64,000 nucleotides of DNA from Nitrosopumilales archaeon (GTDB taxonomy: Archaea; Thermoproteota; Nitrososphaeria; Nitrososphaerales; Nitrososphaeraceae): NCBI GenBank assembly GCA_044507735.1, contig JBIQJB010000003.1, positions 32,001-96,000 on the forward strand. The letters are read 5' to 3'. The translations under genes were made by a program, and so were the position numbers. The number at the start of each line of letters is the position of its first letter. Within the stretch, counting starts at the first letter, position 1. The notes under the pieces are model-generated. The model saw nothing but the letters and a program-made list of their open reading frames with translations. It was not told the origin of the DNA and did not search any database. Shown in pieces: positions 41,681 through 51,335 of this stretch.

Positions 41681-41923
41681 ACGGAGGAAGCAGGCATTGC
41701 CTGCAATCAGGTTTCGTTCGGTTGTTTTGTTGATTAATATTTTCAACATTACTAATAACAATTAGAATTAATAAACATGTTTGTAAGTAAAAACACAAGA
41801 GTCTTGCTAATAAATAGCAAATTTCACACATGAATCATGCCAATAGACAACTCTGGAACAGCTGTGATAATCCGCAAACCCGGCGCAACTTTTCTGCCTT
41901 AAATTCCTACAGTGCTGTAGTAT

Positions 41924-42166
41924 TTGGAGGTGAATGATGCAACCACAGAGGAAACCGTAAACGATGGTTCTGGTAGGCAGACAAGAGTCAGAATCAACAC
42001 AGAAATAGAAGGCGAGCCGGCAAAGATACTGCTTGAGCTGAAGCAGCGAGGCCTTGTTTCAGACAACACCGATGCCGTCAACCAGGGCCTGCTTGTGCTG
42101 TACGATAGAACGTTAAGGCGGGACCTGGCTAGACTTCAGCTGCAGCGGTTGAAAGATCTCCAGTAG
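41924..42166 (+). CDS. Small ribbon-helix-helix-like DNA-binding protein
   Basis: VRINTEIEGEPAKILLELKQRGLVSDNTDAVNQGL: beta strand plus two helices. Confidence 0.55.
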   Translation: MEVNDATTEETVNDGSGRQTRVRINTEIEGEPAKILLELKQRGLVSDNTDAVNQGLLVLYDRTLRRDLARLQLQRLKDLQ

Positions 42167-43901
42167 ATGCAATCTCCCCTTTTTCCTTCCCCTCCCCTTC
42201 TTTGTTGTCCCTTGCTGATTCCAGCTCTTCTTCAAACTTGAACACGCTGCTATTGGTTTTGATTGCCCGGTCCAAGACATCTTTTGCATCTTCTGGTTTC
42301 TCCCATACCGCGTCAAGCATCCTTCTGACATCGCGCTCGTCCCTTGTCGCCTTGCATATCTTTTGTACCGTCGCATCTTTTGGCACACCTTTGTCGCGTA
42401 GTTTTTCATTGAAATTGGATGCCCTTAGCAGCTGAACATTCAACCTTTCAGCGTACTGGGCCAGTGTGATTGTACTGTCGCTGTTATCTTTGCTATTGAC
42501 CGTTGACACCTTTACGTGGATGTCCTCAAACGCTCCGCCGGCAAACACTCCTACAACGCCGTTCTTTACCTGCCTTCCCTCCGGAGTGTCGACGCCAAAG
42601 TCGGTGCTCCATTTCAGCACGTTGAAAAAGTCATCCAAGTCCCTTCTGCTGACAATTCCCCACTTGCATTCCAAGACATATGTGACAGGCTTGGCAAACA
42701 CTGAAGGCGTAACAGTCCATACCCTGTCAACTTCGGCATTCTGCCTCCTGTCGCCCACACTTTTAATCAAATGTAGCGTAATTCTCCTTGGATCCATTTT
42801 TCTGCTACCATTGCTTTTACTACCGTTCTGCCTATGATTCTGCGTCCGAAATTCAGCCCCTATGGTGAACTTATCAATGAACCATTCAACACAGGCTTCC
42901 CAGTTGTGGCCAATGCGGTTTGCCCTCCCCTTGCTTATCCTGATGTAGTTTTTTGCCATCTCCAAAGAAGCGTGTAGGATCTCCACATTCATTGATTCGT
43001 GGTAGTAGTATCTGTAGGCGTCAAAGAGCTTGACCTCTTTGATAGATGGGTAGAGCTGCATGGCTCGAATAATAGCCGATTCGGCTTCTGTGTCTGTAGT
43101 TGATTTGAGCATGTCTTTGATCTGGTTTACGCTTGTGATTCTGCCAAGCTCTGTTTCACTTACTATCAGGTTCCTTATCGCCAATACACGCTGTACCAAA
43201 GGGTTAGTAGATGCATTATCCTTCAGTGCTTCGTTCGTACGCATGACAGCTTGCTTTAATGCATCAAGGTCATTGCTGCCATCCTGCTGCTCAATCCATG
43301 TAATCAAATAGCCTTCCTGAAATGGTGACTGTGAGTCATGCGTCTGGTATCCTCTCACATAAAGCAACCCTTTCTTCTCGTACCTCCTTGCAGTTGTCAT
43401 GATGTCCGGCATCGTAACTCCTTTTTCTTTCAATGCGTTGAAAATTTCAGTGGAATAGAATGCCCTGTCTGAATTCTCTTTCAGAAAATTCAAGACAAGC
43501 TGGGCTTTGCTTTTGCTGCCCCTATTTCCCCTTTTGTCAGAGTATTCAGGGCTGAATTGAACGAATGTGTGGCCGTCAAGGAAAATGGGGTTATTGTTTG
43601 TAGTTTCTCCACCTGTGTTTTCTTCCCCTTGCCCCATTTGGTCATTGATCATATATAGGTGAAACATACGCGTATTGCTCTTGAAACCAGCTCTACCCTT
43701 GAACTGCTTGCTGTACTCAAACAGTGGCTTGTCTGTCCTTAAAATAGGGTATTTTCTCCACAGGTTTGATAGCAGATGTGACATGGTCTTTTCGTCAATG
43801 CCGGTAGCGTTGATGATGTCCCTAGCAGATTTTGGCTTGCCATCTGCTAGTGCTGTCAGTACAGCTTTTACACAATATTCTCTGTCATGTACAGCCATCA
43901 T
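42129..43901 (-). CDS. Multi-winged-helix protein with C-terminal PD-(D/E)xK restriction-endonuclease-like domain
   Basis: wHTH-like segments (KPKSARDII…; AFYSTEIFNAL…); GHNWE…EVDRVW…VLECKW catalytic pattern. Confidence 0.7.
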   Translation of the reverse strand: MMAVHDREYCVKAVLTALADGKPKSARDIINATGIDEKTMSHLLSNLWRKYPILRTDKPLFEYSKQFKGRAGFKSNTRMFHLYMINDQMGQGEENTGGETTNNNPIFLDGHTFVQFSPEYSDKRGNRGSKSKAQLVLNFLKENSDRAFYSTEIFNALKEKGVTMPDIMTTARRYEKKGLLYVRGYQTHDSQSPFQEGYLITWIEQQDGSNDLDALKQAVMRTNEALKDNASTNPLVQRVLAIRNLIVSETELGRITSVNQIKDMLKSTTDTEAESAIIRAMQLYPSIKEVKLFDAYRYYYHESMNVEILHASLEMAKNYIRISKGRANRIGHNWEACVEWFIDKFTIGAEFRTQNHRQNGSKSNGSRKMDPRRITLHLIKSVGDRRQNAEVDRVWTVTPSVFAKPVTYVLECKWGIVSRRDLDDFFNVLKWSTDFGVDTPEGRQVKNGVVGVFAGGAFEDIHVKVSTVNSKDNSDSTITLAQYAERLNVQLLRASNFNEKLRDKGVPKDATVQKICKATRDERDVRRMLDAVWEKPEDAKDVLDRAIKTNSSVFKFEEELESARDNKEGEGKEKGEIASTGDLSTAAAEV

Positions 43902-44047
43902 ATACTACACTCTCCTGCAAATTTAAGACGGAGATATGAGTTCGAACGCCTGTCTGTATTGTACAGTGCCGCAAAAAATCGATCTCGGTTATTCTTGCTT
44001 GTTTGCCCTAAAAGAGCAAGAATATTGCTCCTTTGGACAAAGTAAGA

Positions 44048-44135
44048 TGGTGCGGGAGGAGGGATTTGAACCCTCGAACCCCTAAGGGATAAGAGCCTCA
44101 GTCTTACGCCTTTGGCCAAGCTGGGCGACTCCCGC
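44048..44135 (-). tRNA. tRNA-Leu(GAG)
   Basis: GCGGGAG…CTCCCGCACCA; TAAGA-CTGAGGC-TCTTA anticodon arm; long variable arm. Confidence 0.95.
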
Positions 44136-44233
44136 TCCTGTTCGCTAGTTAACACGCTTTCCTCCCGCTAATTTGAATATTGCGTGGAAATGGTTTTTAT
44201 AATGCCTGAGGACACTGACATCAGCAGAAGAAG

Positions 44234-44470
44234 ATGCTAATCCCGGTTCGTTGTTTCACCTGTGGCAAGCCTATTGCGGACAAGTATGGCGAGTATTCAA
44301 GCCGCGTAAAGGCAGGAGAGGATCCAGCAAAGGTCATGGACTCACTAAACATCAAGCGCTACTGCTGCAGGAGAATGTACATCTCTAGCGTTGAGACCAT
44401 CTACCAGATTATCCCATATTACGAGGCACTCAGAAGGCGCATGTCCGAGATCCAGTCTGAAATAGAATAA
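44234..44470 (+). CDS. rpoN: DNA-directed RNA polymerase subunit N (Rpo10)
   Basis: [10 protein letters not shown]…RYCCRRM. Confidence 0.96.
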   Translation: MLIPVRCFTCGKPIADKYGEYSSRVKAGEDPAKVMDSLNIKRYCCRRMYISSVETIYQIIPYYEALRRRMSEIQSEIE

Positions 44471-44510
44471 TTTTAAACAAATAATAAATAACGTCAGAAT
44501 CTGGTCACAC

Positions 44511-45764
44511 TTGTATATGCCTTCTATAACTGCAGTTAGAGGTAGAATAGTTTTCAACAGCAGAGGAAGCAAGACTATTGAAATTGACGTTGCAACTGAT
44601 AACAAGTTCATAGGACGAGCGTGTGCGCCATCAGGGGCGTCTGTTGGCAAGTTCGAAGCTCAGAGCTTTCCAGATAACAAGCCAGAGAAAGCACTGGCGG
44701 CGTTCAATGCAAATTCCAAAAAGTTTGTCGGTTTGGAGGCGGAAAACATGAAAGCGATATTCGACGCCCTTCGATCGGTTGACAATACTGATAACTATTC
44801 CGTTATCGGAGGATCGGTTGCGTACGCGCTTTCGATCGCAGCAGTTGATTCGGCCGCCAAGGCACTCGATGTCCCGCTCTTTAAGCTGCTAAAACCATCC
44901 AAGCCCTACAGGTTCCCCTTCCCGCTTGGAAACATTCTTGGCGGAGGAGCTCATGCAGGTCCTGGAACTCCGGACATCCAAGAGATTCTGGCCTGCCCAA
45001 TTGGCGCAAAGAACATGATCGAGGCGCTGGAGATGAACTTTAAGCTGCATGCAGAGACCCGCAAGGTGATAGAATCCATTGACAAGCGGTTCACATATGG
45101 CAGGGGCGATGAGGGTGCGTGGGCGCCAAACGTGAACAACGACCAAGCCCTCGAAATCGTGGAAAAGGCAGCAAAGAACTGCGGATACACTCTCGGCAGT
45201 GACATGGCCATTGGAATTGACTTTGCAAGCTCGTCATTCTGGGACGAAGAAGAGCAGGTTTACAACTATGCAAGGCAAGGACTAAAGCGCGACACTGGCG
45301 AGCAGATCGAGTTTGCAAGTAGGTTGATGCGCGACTACAAGCTCGTATATGCAGAAGACCCTGTGCACGAAGGCGATTTTGAAAGCATGGCGGTGCTCAC
45401 CAAGAAGAACCAAAAAACGCTGGTGACAGGCGACGACATGCTAGTCACCAATGCCACCAAGGTGAGAGAGGCTGTAAAGTACGGCGCATGCAGTGGAGCG
45501 ATACTGAAGGTCAACCAGGCAGGGAGCCTGTATGACGCGATGAAATTTGCCGAAGAATGCACCAAGAATAACATCAAGATAATCACTTCCCACAGGTCAG
45601 GCGAATCAGTCGACTCGCACATTTCACACATCGCAATTGCTACGGGCTCCAAGATGATCAAGACAGGAGTCCTGGGTGGCGAGAGGGTTGCCAAGCTAAA
45701 CGAGCTTGTGCGCTTGACAGAGTATGATTTAATAGAAGGTATGGCGGAACTGACCTCTGCATAA
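44511..45764 (+). CDS. eno: Enolase
   Basis: NSRG, PSGASVG, GDD, KVNQAG, SHRSGES. Confidence 0.94.
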   Translation: MYMPSITAVRGRIVFNSRGSKTIEIDVATDNKFIGRACAPSGASVGKFEAQSFPDNKPEKALAAFNANSKKFVGLEAENMKAIFDALRSVDNTDNYSVIGGSVAYALSIAAVDSAAKALDVPLFKLLKPSKPYRFPFPLGNILGGGAHAGPGTPDIQEILACPIGAKNMIEALEMNFKLHAETRKVIESIDKRFTYGRGDEGAWAPNVNNDQALEIVEKAAKNCGYTLGSDMAIGIDFASSSFWDEEEQVYNYARQGLKRDTGEQIEFASRLMRDYKLVYAEDPVHEGDFESMAVLTKKNQKTLVTGDDMLVTNATKVREAVKYGACSGAILKVNQAGSLYDAMKFAEECTKNNIKIITSHRSGESVDSHISHIAIATGSKMIKTGVLGGERVAKLNELVRLTEYDLIEGMAELTSA

Positions 45765-46483
45765 TGAGCAATCCTGAAGATGCCACTGACGTTGAGACTA
45801 CAGGCGCTGAAGCCGTAAAAGAAGAAGAGTCTTCTGCGCCTATTGAAACTCAGGAAGGTCAGGAGGCAATTGATACTGATAATCTAGAAAAGATGATACT
45901 TTCCACAGGCATACGCGTAGGCACGCCGGTCAAGACCAAGTTCATGGCCCCGTTCATAGTCAAGGCCAACCCCGAGGGACTCTATATCCTTGACATCAGC
46001 AAGACTCTTGCTAGAATTGACGTGGCTGCCAAATTCATAGGCAGGGCAAACATCTCAAAGGTGGCCGTCACTTCTGCCCGCGAATATGGCAAGACTCCGG
46101 TGCAAAAGTTCTGCGAGCTAACTGGCGCGACCCAGATTCTCGGCCGATTCATGCCAGGGACATTTACTAACCCATCCCTTCCAAACTACATGGAGCCGGA
46201 GATAGTAGTCGTAACCGATCCACAGGCAGACCAGCAGGCGGTCCTCGAAGCCACAAGGGCAGGCGTGCCGGTGATCTCGATTGCCAACAGCGACAATGTC
46301 ACTTCAAAGGTCGATTTGGTGATACCCGCAAACAACAGGGGACGCAAGGCTCTAGCCACCGTATATTGGCTCCTAGCAAGAGAAGTCCTCAAGAAACAAG
46401 GAGCCATCAAGTCCGACAGCGAAATGCTGGAGAAGGCTTCGATCGACGACTTTGAGACAAAGCTAGTCGAACAAATCACATAG
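45764..46483 (+). CDS. rps2: 30S ribosomal protein S2
   Basis: GRFMPGTFTNP, IPANNRGRKAL. Confidence 0.95.
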   Translation: MSNPEDATDVETTGAEAVKEEESSAPIETQEGQEAIDTDNLEKMILSTGIRVGTPVKTKFMAPFIVKANPEGLYILDISKTLARIDVAAKFIGRANISKVAVTSAREYGKTPVQKFCELTGATQILGRFMPGTFTNPSLPNYMEPEIVVVTDPQADQQAVLEATRAGVPVISIANSDNVTSKVDLVIPANNRGRKALATVYWLLAREVLKKQGAIKSDSEMLEKASIDDFETKLVEQIT

Positions 46484-46904
46484 GCCAGAGAATTTTTTGC
46501 CATATCGAAGCTGGCCTGTTCCCGGCCCCACAGGGTCTGGGTTCGAGGGTCGCGATTGTCCACATGGCGTTGAATCTCACTACATGGATCTGTGTCGACA
46601 TTGCGCCCATCTCTTTCTATATGCAATCGACCTATGCTAGCTCTGTTACAAAGGGTGATGCAACACAATACTAGTTACCCAAAACCGAGAGAATCATTTG
46701 CATCGACATGATAAGAGGTTAGAAGGATATTGTTCCCCACCGGAGTTGCTGTTCCGATGCGCAGCGCATGCCAGACCATAACATACCCGACAACCTCTGC
46801 ACGCTGGAGGAATCTGGATGTTTTAGTAAGATAATATTTGCTACTAGATAGCACCAGATCCCCTAAATACACATCTTCCGGAATGACAGGAGAATTGATG
46901 GGGC

Positions 46905-47081
46905 TTGGATACCGGAAAGCAGGTTATCTGTCAATTATGTCATGAACTCGTAGATGCAAAGCAGATCAGAGATCATCTAAGAGAGGTCCACAGAATAGCT
47001 GAAAAGGTCATGCTCGACAAGAAGCCTCTGACCCACTGGGCGAAACCCGACGACAGCAGAGATGGCTCCAACAGCATCTGA
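46905..47081 (+). CDS. 58-aa C2H2 zinc-finger microprotein
   Basis: Manual translation from TTG: MDTGKQVICQLCHELVDAKQIRDHLREVHRIAEKVMLDKK…; not in the ORF track. Confidence 0.5.
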   Translation: MDTGKQVICQLCHELVDAKQIRDHLREVHRIAEKVMLDKKPLTHWAKPDDSRDGSNSI

Positions 47082-47241
47082 GTGCCAAGGGCCCAGAAAT
47101 CGTTGCAGAATGCTCCCACACATCAGCATCGGACAACGAAAAGATCAGATGAGTGGCATTTCCTTTTTCATCCGACTTGATATAGAATCAGAAATCACAA
47201 TTATATTACTTGTTTCTACATAGATTCGAGGAAGCATCATC

Positions 47242-48090
47242 TTGGTAAAAAGGGCGCCAGCTGTCGCGGGAATGTTTTACCCGGAGAACCCCAGAGAGCT
47301 TAGGCTGCTTATCGACGAGTCTTTTCGCGACTCGCGCTTTGGCCCTGGAAAGGCACCTCCTTCGATCACCAAGCGCAAGATCTACGGCATTGTCTCTCCG
47401 CATGCGGGATATGTCTACTCCGGCGCTGTCGCCGCAAACGGCTTTTATGAAGCTTCATCGGTGGATTTTAAAGATGTGGTGATGGTAGGGCCGAACCACT
47501 ATGGAATAGGCTCTTGGGTCGCTGCAATGAAAGACGGAGAATGGGAAACTCCACTGGGCAAAGTTCCTATCAATTCAGAGCTTGCAAATGAAATTGCGTC
47601 AAGGTCGTCAATCCTTGACTTTGATGACTTTGCGCACAGCCGCGACCATTCACTTGAGGTGCAGCTGCCTTTTTTGCAATCTATCAAGCAGGACTTTAGT
47701 ATTGTGCCAATAGTACTTGTGTCCCAGAGGAGTGATACTGCCTATGAACTCGGAAATGCCATATCAGAGACAATAGTGGAGAAGGGCAGAATTGACAACA
47801 CCTTGCTCATTGCATCGTCTGATTTTACACATTATGAACCAAACAGCGAGGCGCACAGGAAGGATGGCGAGCTAATAAAGGCGATTCTCGCGCTTGATGT
47901 TAACAAGTTTTATGCAGTCCTTGAGAGGCTTGACGTCTCTGCTTGCGGCTATGGAGCCATAGCGACCATCATGGTGGCAGCCAGGAACCTCGGTGCGACT
48001 AGAGGTGAGCTGCTGAAATATGCAACAAGTGGAGACGTGACTGGGGACACAGATGCCGTAGTAGGATACTCTTCGATAGTGTTTGTATGA
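47242..48090 (+). CDS. MEMO1 family protein (AmmeMemoRadiSam protein B)
   Basis: RAPAVAGMFYP, PHAGYVYSG, HSLEVQLPFL, SSDFTHY. Confidence 0.93.
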   Translation: MVKRAPAVAGMFYPENPRELRLLIDESFRDSRFGPGKAPPSITKRKIYGIVSPHAGYVYSGAVAANGFYEASSVDFKDVVMVGPNHYGIGSWVAAMKDGEWETPLGKVPINSELANEIASRSSILDFDDFAHSRDHSLEVQLPFLQSIKQDFSIVPIVLVSQRSDTAYELGNAISETIVEKGRIDNTLLIASSDFTHYEPNSEAHRKDGELIKAILALDVNKFYAVLERLDVSACGYGAIATIMVAARNLGATRGELLKYATSGDVTGDTDAVVGYSSIVFV

Positions 48091-49058
48091 TAGAAAAGGG
48101 CAAGGCGTCTGCACCAGCCAAGGTAATATTGTTTGGGGAGCACTTTGTCGTGTACGGCAACCCGGCGATACTTGCATCGATAAACAGACGGATCACGGTC
48201 AGTGCAAAAAAGACATCATCCGTGGGAAAAATAACAATAAGATCAGATATTGGAATCGCTGGAGAATACAGTGACACCGGTTTTAAGATGACAAATGGTG
48301 GCATCAAAGCAAAGGAAGCGCTGGATCCTTTGCACAACGCGATCAGGAACGCACTCTCATCGAGGAAAACAGGCATCGATGTTGATATTTCATCGACTGT
48401 TCCCCATGGCATCGGTTTGGGCTCTTCTGCGGCAGCATGCGTGGCGACAGTTGCGGCAGTGAATTCGCTGTTCCACAAAGGCTCAAGCAGGCAAGAGATT
48501 TGCAATATCGCCATAGAGTCTGAGCGAATGATACACGTAAACTCCTCCGGGGCTGACTGCTACGTCAGCACCTTTGGGGGGTTGATACAATATAGCAAAG
48601 CAAATGGCTTTGCAAAGATTCGGTCAAGAGGAACGCTGCCACTTGTAGTCTCTAGTACAATGGTCAGGCATTCTACAGGAGATCTCGTGGCAAGGGTCAA
48701 GAGATTCAAGGAGAGGAACGAGTCGCTCTTTGCAGCCCTTGCAGAGCAGGCCGCAGACATTTGCAATCAAGCCAGGGCGGCCATAACTTCAGGGGACAGA
48801 GCCAAGATAGGCGAGCTCATGAACGAGAACCAGGTGATTCTAAAGCAGATAGGGGTTTCCCATCACAAGGCTGATGACTTGATAGATATCTGCATGAGGG
48901 CAGGCGCGCTCGGTGCCAAGATCACGGGCGCCGGAGGAGGCGGGGCGGTGATAGCGCTTGCGGCAGACAGGCAAGACGGTGAAAAGATGTCAGCCCGCGC
49001 AAGGGCTGCAGGCTATGAATCATTTGAAGTAGAGATAGACAGAAAGGGCCTCTGCTGA
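48087..49058 (+). CDS. mvk: Mevalonate kinase
   Basis: APAKVILFGEHFVVYG, PHGIGLGSSAA, KITGAGGGG. Confidence 0.93.
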   Translation: MIEKGKASAPAKVILFGEHFVVYGNPAILASINRRITVSAKKTSSVGKITIRSDIGIAGEYSDTGFKMTNGGIKAKEALDPLHNAIRNALSSRKTGIDVDISSTVPHGIGLGSSAAACVATVAAVNSLFHKGSSRQEICNIAIESERMIHVNSSGADCYVSTFGGLIQYSKANGFAKIRSRGTLPLVVSSTMVRHSTGDLVARVKRFKERNESLFAALAEQAADICNQARAAITSGDRAKIGELMNENQVILKQIGVSHHKADDLIDICMRAGALGAKITGAGGGGAVIALAADRQDGEKMSARARAAGYESFEVEIDRKGLC

Positions 49059-49062
49059 CTGC

Positions 49063-50229
49063 CTAGAGGCCGGCCTCCTGCAGGGCCTGTTTCGCCTTTG
49101 ACTCACCTTCCATGATCAGGTTCTTTATTCCCTCCCGGGAAAAGTCAGTGTTCTCGTAGAGGTAGGGGAACCGCTCTTCTCTTGTAATGTAGGCGATTTT
49201 CTTGATCGCAGAACCACGATCCTTCAGCATCTTTTTGTACTTGCTCTGGATCTTGTCCCACTTTTGCTTATCCAACTTTGCAGGATCAACATTCCTTTCC
49301 ACGATCTCGTACAGCTCTTCTATGAACATCAGGTAGCGCGTTATCGTCTTTGACATCTTGACGTTGTGAGCCGTCTTGTCGCTGAACATTATGTCTCGCG
49401 CCCTGTGACCCACTTCTAACAGGTTCTGGGGCAGCCTTTGGATCCTCTTCGGATAGTTCTCGACGATAAAGACGCGCTTGTCTGTGACAGGCGATGCGTC
49501 AATAACTTCTCTCAGCGGGGTGTTACTCAGGAGGCTCCCATCCCACACGTAGAGTCCCTTCTCCACCTCAACCCACGGAAACCCATACAGCGGATAGCCG
49601 GCCGTGCCTAACAGGTGCTTTACCGTTATCGGCTGGCGCATGCTGTCAAAAGTTAGAGGTTCGGCTGTAAGCACATTGACTGCGGTTATTATCAGGCGTG
49701 CGTTTGGGTTTTTTCCTCCCGGCCTCAGCTTGTCATAATCAATGTATTTTTCAAGCGTTGACGCAAGAGGGGAATGATCATAAATGTAGGTCCACAGGTC
49801 AGGCCGGAAATACTGCGAATCTTTTGCCAGATACTCGGGCATCCAGCGCGGGAGAAACATCTTGTTATTTCCAAATGCCGCAGAGCTGTAAAACGTCAGG
49901 GCATGCTTGAGCGACATGTTTGCCTTTTCGAAATAGGGGCCATGATAGCCTCGTTGGCCATTGTTGCCAAGCGAAGAGCTCCAAAGGGACTCCAGGTCCA
50001 CAGAATTTTCCGCAAGATCCATCCAGAATTCCTCCAGCGCGGCTTCTGGGCGCCCGTCCTTGTTGCCAGCGATTATGGCTGCGTTAACTCCGCCAATCGA
50101 GGTTCCGCCTACTATGTCTATATTGACGTTTCTTTCCGCAAACGCCTTGAATACCCCGCAGCCAAAGGCCCCAAGTGAGCCTCCTCCTTGCAGCACAAGC
50201 ACGTTCTCTAACCCGTGATCGTGAACCAT
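49063..50229 (-). CDS. Patatin-like phospholipase
   Basis: GGGSLG, GTSIG, DGS. Confidence 0.9.
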   Translation of the reverse strand: MVHDHGLENVLVLQGGGSLGAFGCGVFKAFAERNVNIDIVGGTSIGGVNAAIIAGNKDGRPEAALEEFWMDLAENSVDLESLWSSSLGNNGQRGYHGPYFEKANMSLKHALTFYSSAAFGNNKMFLPRWMPEYLAKDSQYFRPDLWTYIYDHSPLASTLEKYIDYDKLRPGGKNPNARLIITAVNVLTAEPLTFDSMRQPITVKHLLGTAGYPLYGFPWVEVEKGLYVWDGSLLSNTPLREVIDASPVTDKRVFIVENYPKRIQRLPQNLLEVGHRARDIMFSDKTAHNVKMSKTITRYLMFIEELYEIVERNVDPAKLDKQKWDKIQSKYKKMLKDRGSAIKKIAYITREERFPYLYENTDFSREGIKNLIMEGESKAKQALQEAGL

Positions 50230-50256
50230 GGCAGTGATGATGGTCGCTTTTTGTAA

Positions 50257-51270
50257 TTATGCGTTTTTGAGAGGAGCAGTGAGGTGTACTGGCTTGACCA
50301 GATCCGCGACATCCACCCAGCAGCGCGCTATCTTGTCTATTGAGTAAGTCAGGTTAAGCACCGCGATCGCGGATTCTGGATTGTTCGCAGACTCGGTGCT
50401 GCTCTTTACTGAATTTATGATCTCGTTGAATTTTTCATAGGTCTTGACGACCACATTAGAGTCTGCGCGATTCTTGTTGACAAATGCTGCGACGGACTTT
50501 TCCTGCATCTTCTCAACAAGCGCGCCTGCCTCCAGTATTTTTTCGTCCGCGAACCCTATTCGCGATATATCGCGCGTGCTGCTGTCTGCAAGGTCGACAA
50601 TATAGTCGCCGGCGCTTTCTAGAAGGTTTGCAGCAATTCTGTAGTCCAGGATGTCGATATTGCTTAGGTTGAGCTTGCCTGCCAGCCGCTGGTCCATCAT
50701 GGCGCTGCGAATGAGCCTGACCAGCAAGAAATATTGTCTGTCAACCTCGTCATCTCTTCCACTTATCACTTTGCGCATGCTGTTCTCCTTGGTCCTTATT
50801 GCTTCAAGCAAGTCGCGGTACATGCCGGCAACTATTGCGCTCATGCGGCGTAGTATCTTTTCGGCGTCGAGGGTGTTTGCATCAAGCAGAAACTGCGCAG
50901 AAATGTGAAAGCCGTCTTCGTCCACTATCTCCAGACCGACGAGCTTGCGTATCGCCCTCTTTATCCTGTCGGCGTCTTCAAAGGATATGGGAGATAATGC
51001 CTTGATCCTGATGACATCGTACCCAAGCAGGTATGCGCCATACACCTGGTTTACGAGTGTGTCCATCGATGTGGACGAATATGGGATAGTGACTTCCTTC
51101 GATTCCTCAGCCATGTCTTCTGATGGGAATATCGAGATCGAGTTGTCACGGTTGATGTCGACGGGGACGATGCTGCCCTTCTTGAGGTTGTTGTTCTTTA
51201 CCCATTGGCTTGGAAGCGAGATCAGGATGCTGCTGCCTATCTTTTGCAGACGTCGGGCGTACCTTGTCAC
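50257..51270 (-). CDS. AbrB-PhoU family phosphate regulator
   Basis: RRLQKIGSSILISLP, DDEVDR. Confidence 0.88.
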   Translation of the reverse strand: MTRYARRLQKIGSSILISLPSQWVKNNNLKKGSIVPVDINRDNSISIFPSEDMAEESKEVTIPYSSTSMDTLVNQVYGAYLLGYDVIRIKALSPISFEDADRIKRAIRKLVGLEIVDEDGFHISAQFLLDANTLDAEKILRRMSAIVAGMYRDLLEAIRTKENSMRKVISGRDDEVDRQYFLLVRLIRSAMMDQRLAGKLNLSNIDILDYRIAANLLESAGDYIVDLADSSTRDISRIGFADEKILEAGALVEKMQEKSVAAFVNKNRADSNVVVKTYEKFNEIINSVKSSTESANNPESAIAVLNLTYSIDKIARCWVDVADLVKPVHLTAPLKNA

Positions 51271-51335
51271 ACAGTATAAACCAATTTAAACTAATTAAAC
51301 ATTATTTTTATATTTTTTGTATCTTATAAACAAGC

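Larger units (their letters stand above)
37375..44057. mobile_element. Defective integrated element (~6.7 kb) at tRNA-Leu
   Basis: GGTGCGGGA at 37375-37383 equals the tRNA 3' end at 44049-44057; AT-richer orphan cargo and an IS lie between. Confidence 0.55.

Noticed and set aside
41170-41761. ORFs 41170-41586(-), 41348-41605(+) and 41549-41761(-) with VPVV/GTTG/WYQW motifs
   Set aside because: Periodic peptides appear in several frames and both strands, so they are best explained as by-products of the DNA octamer array
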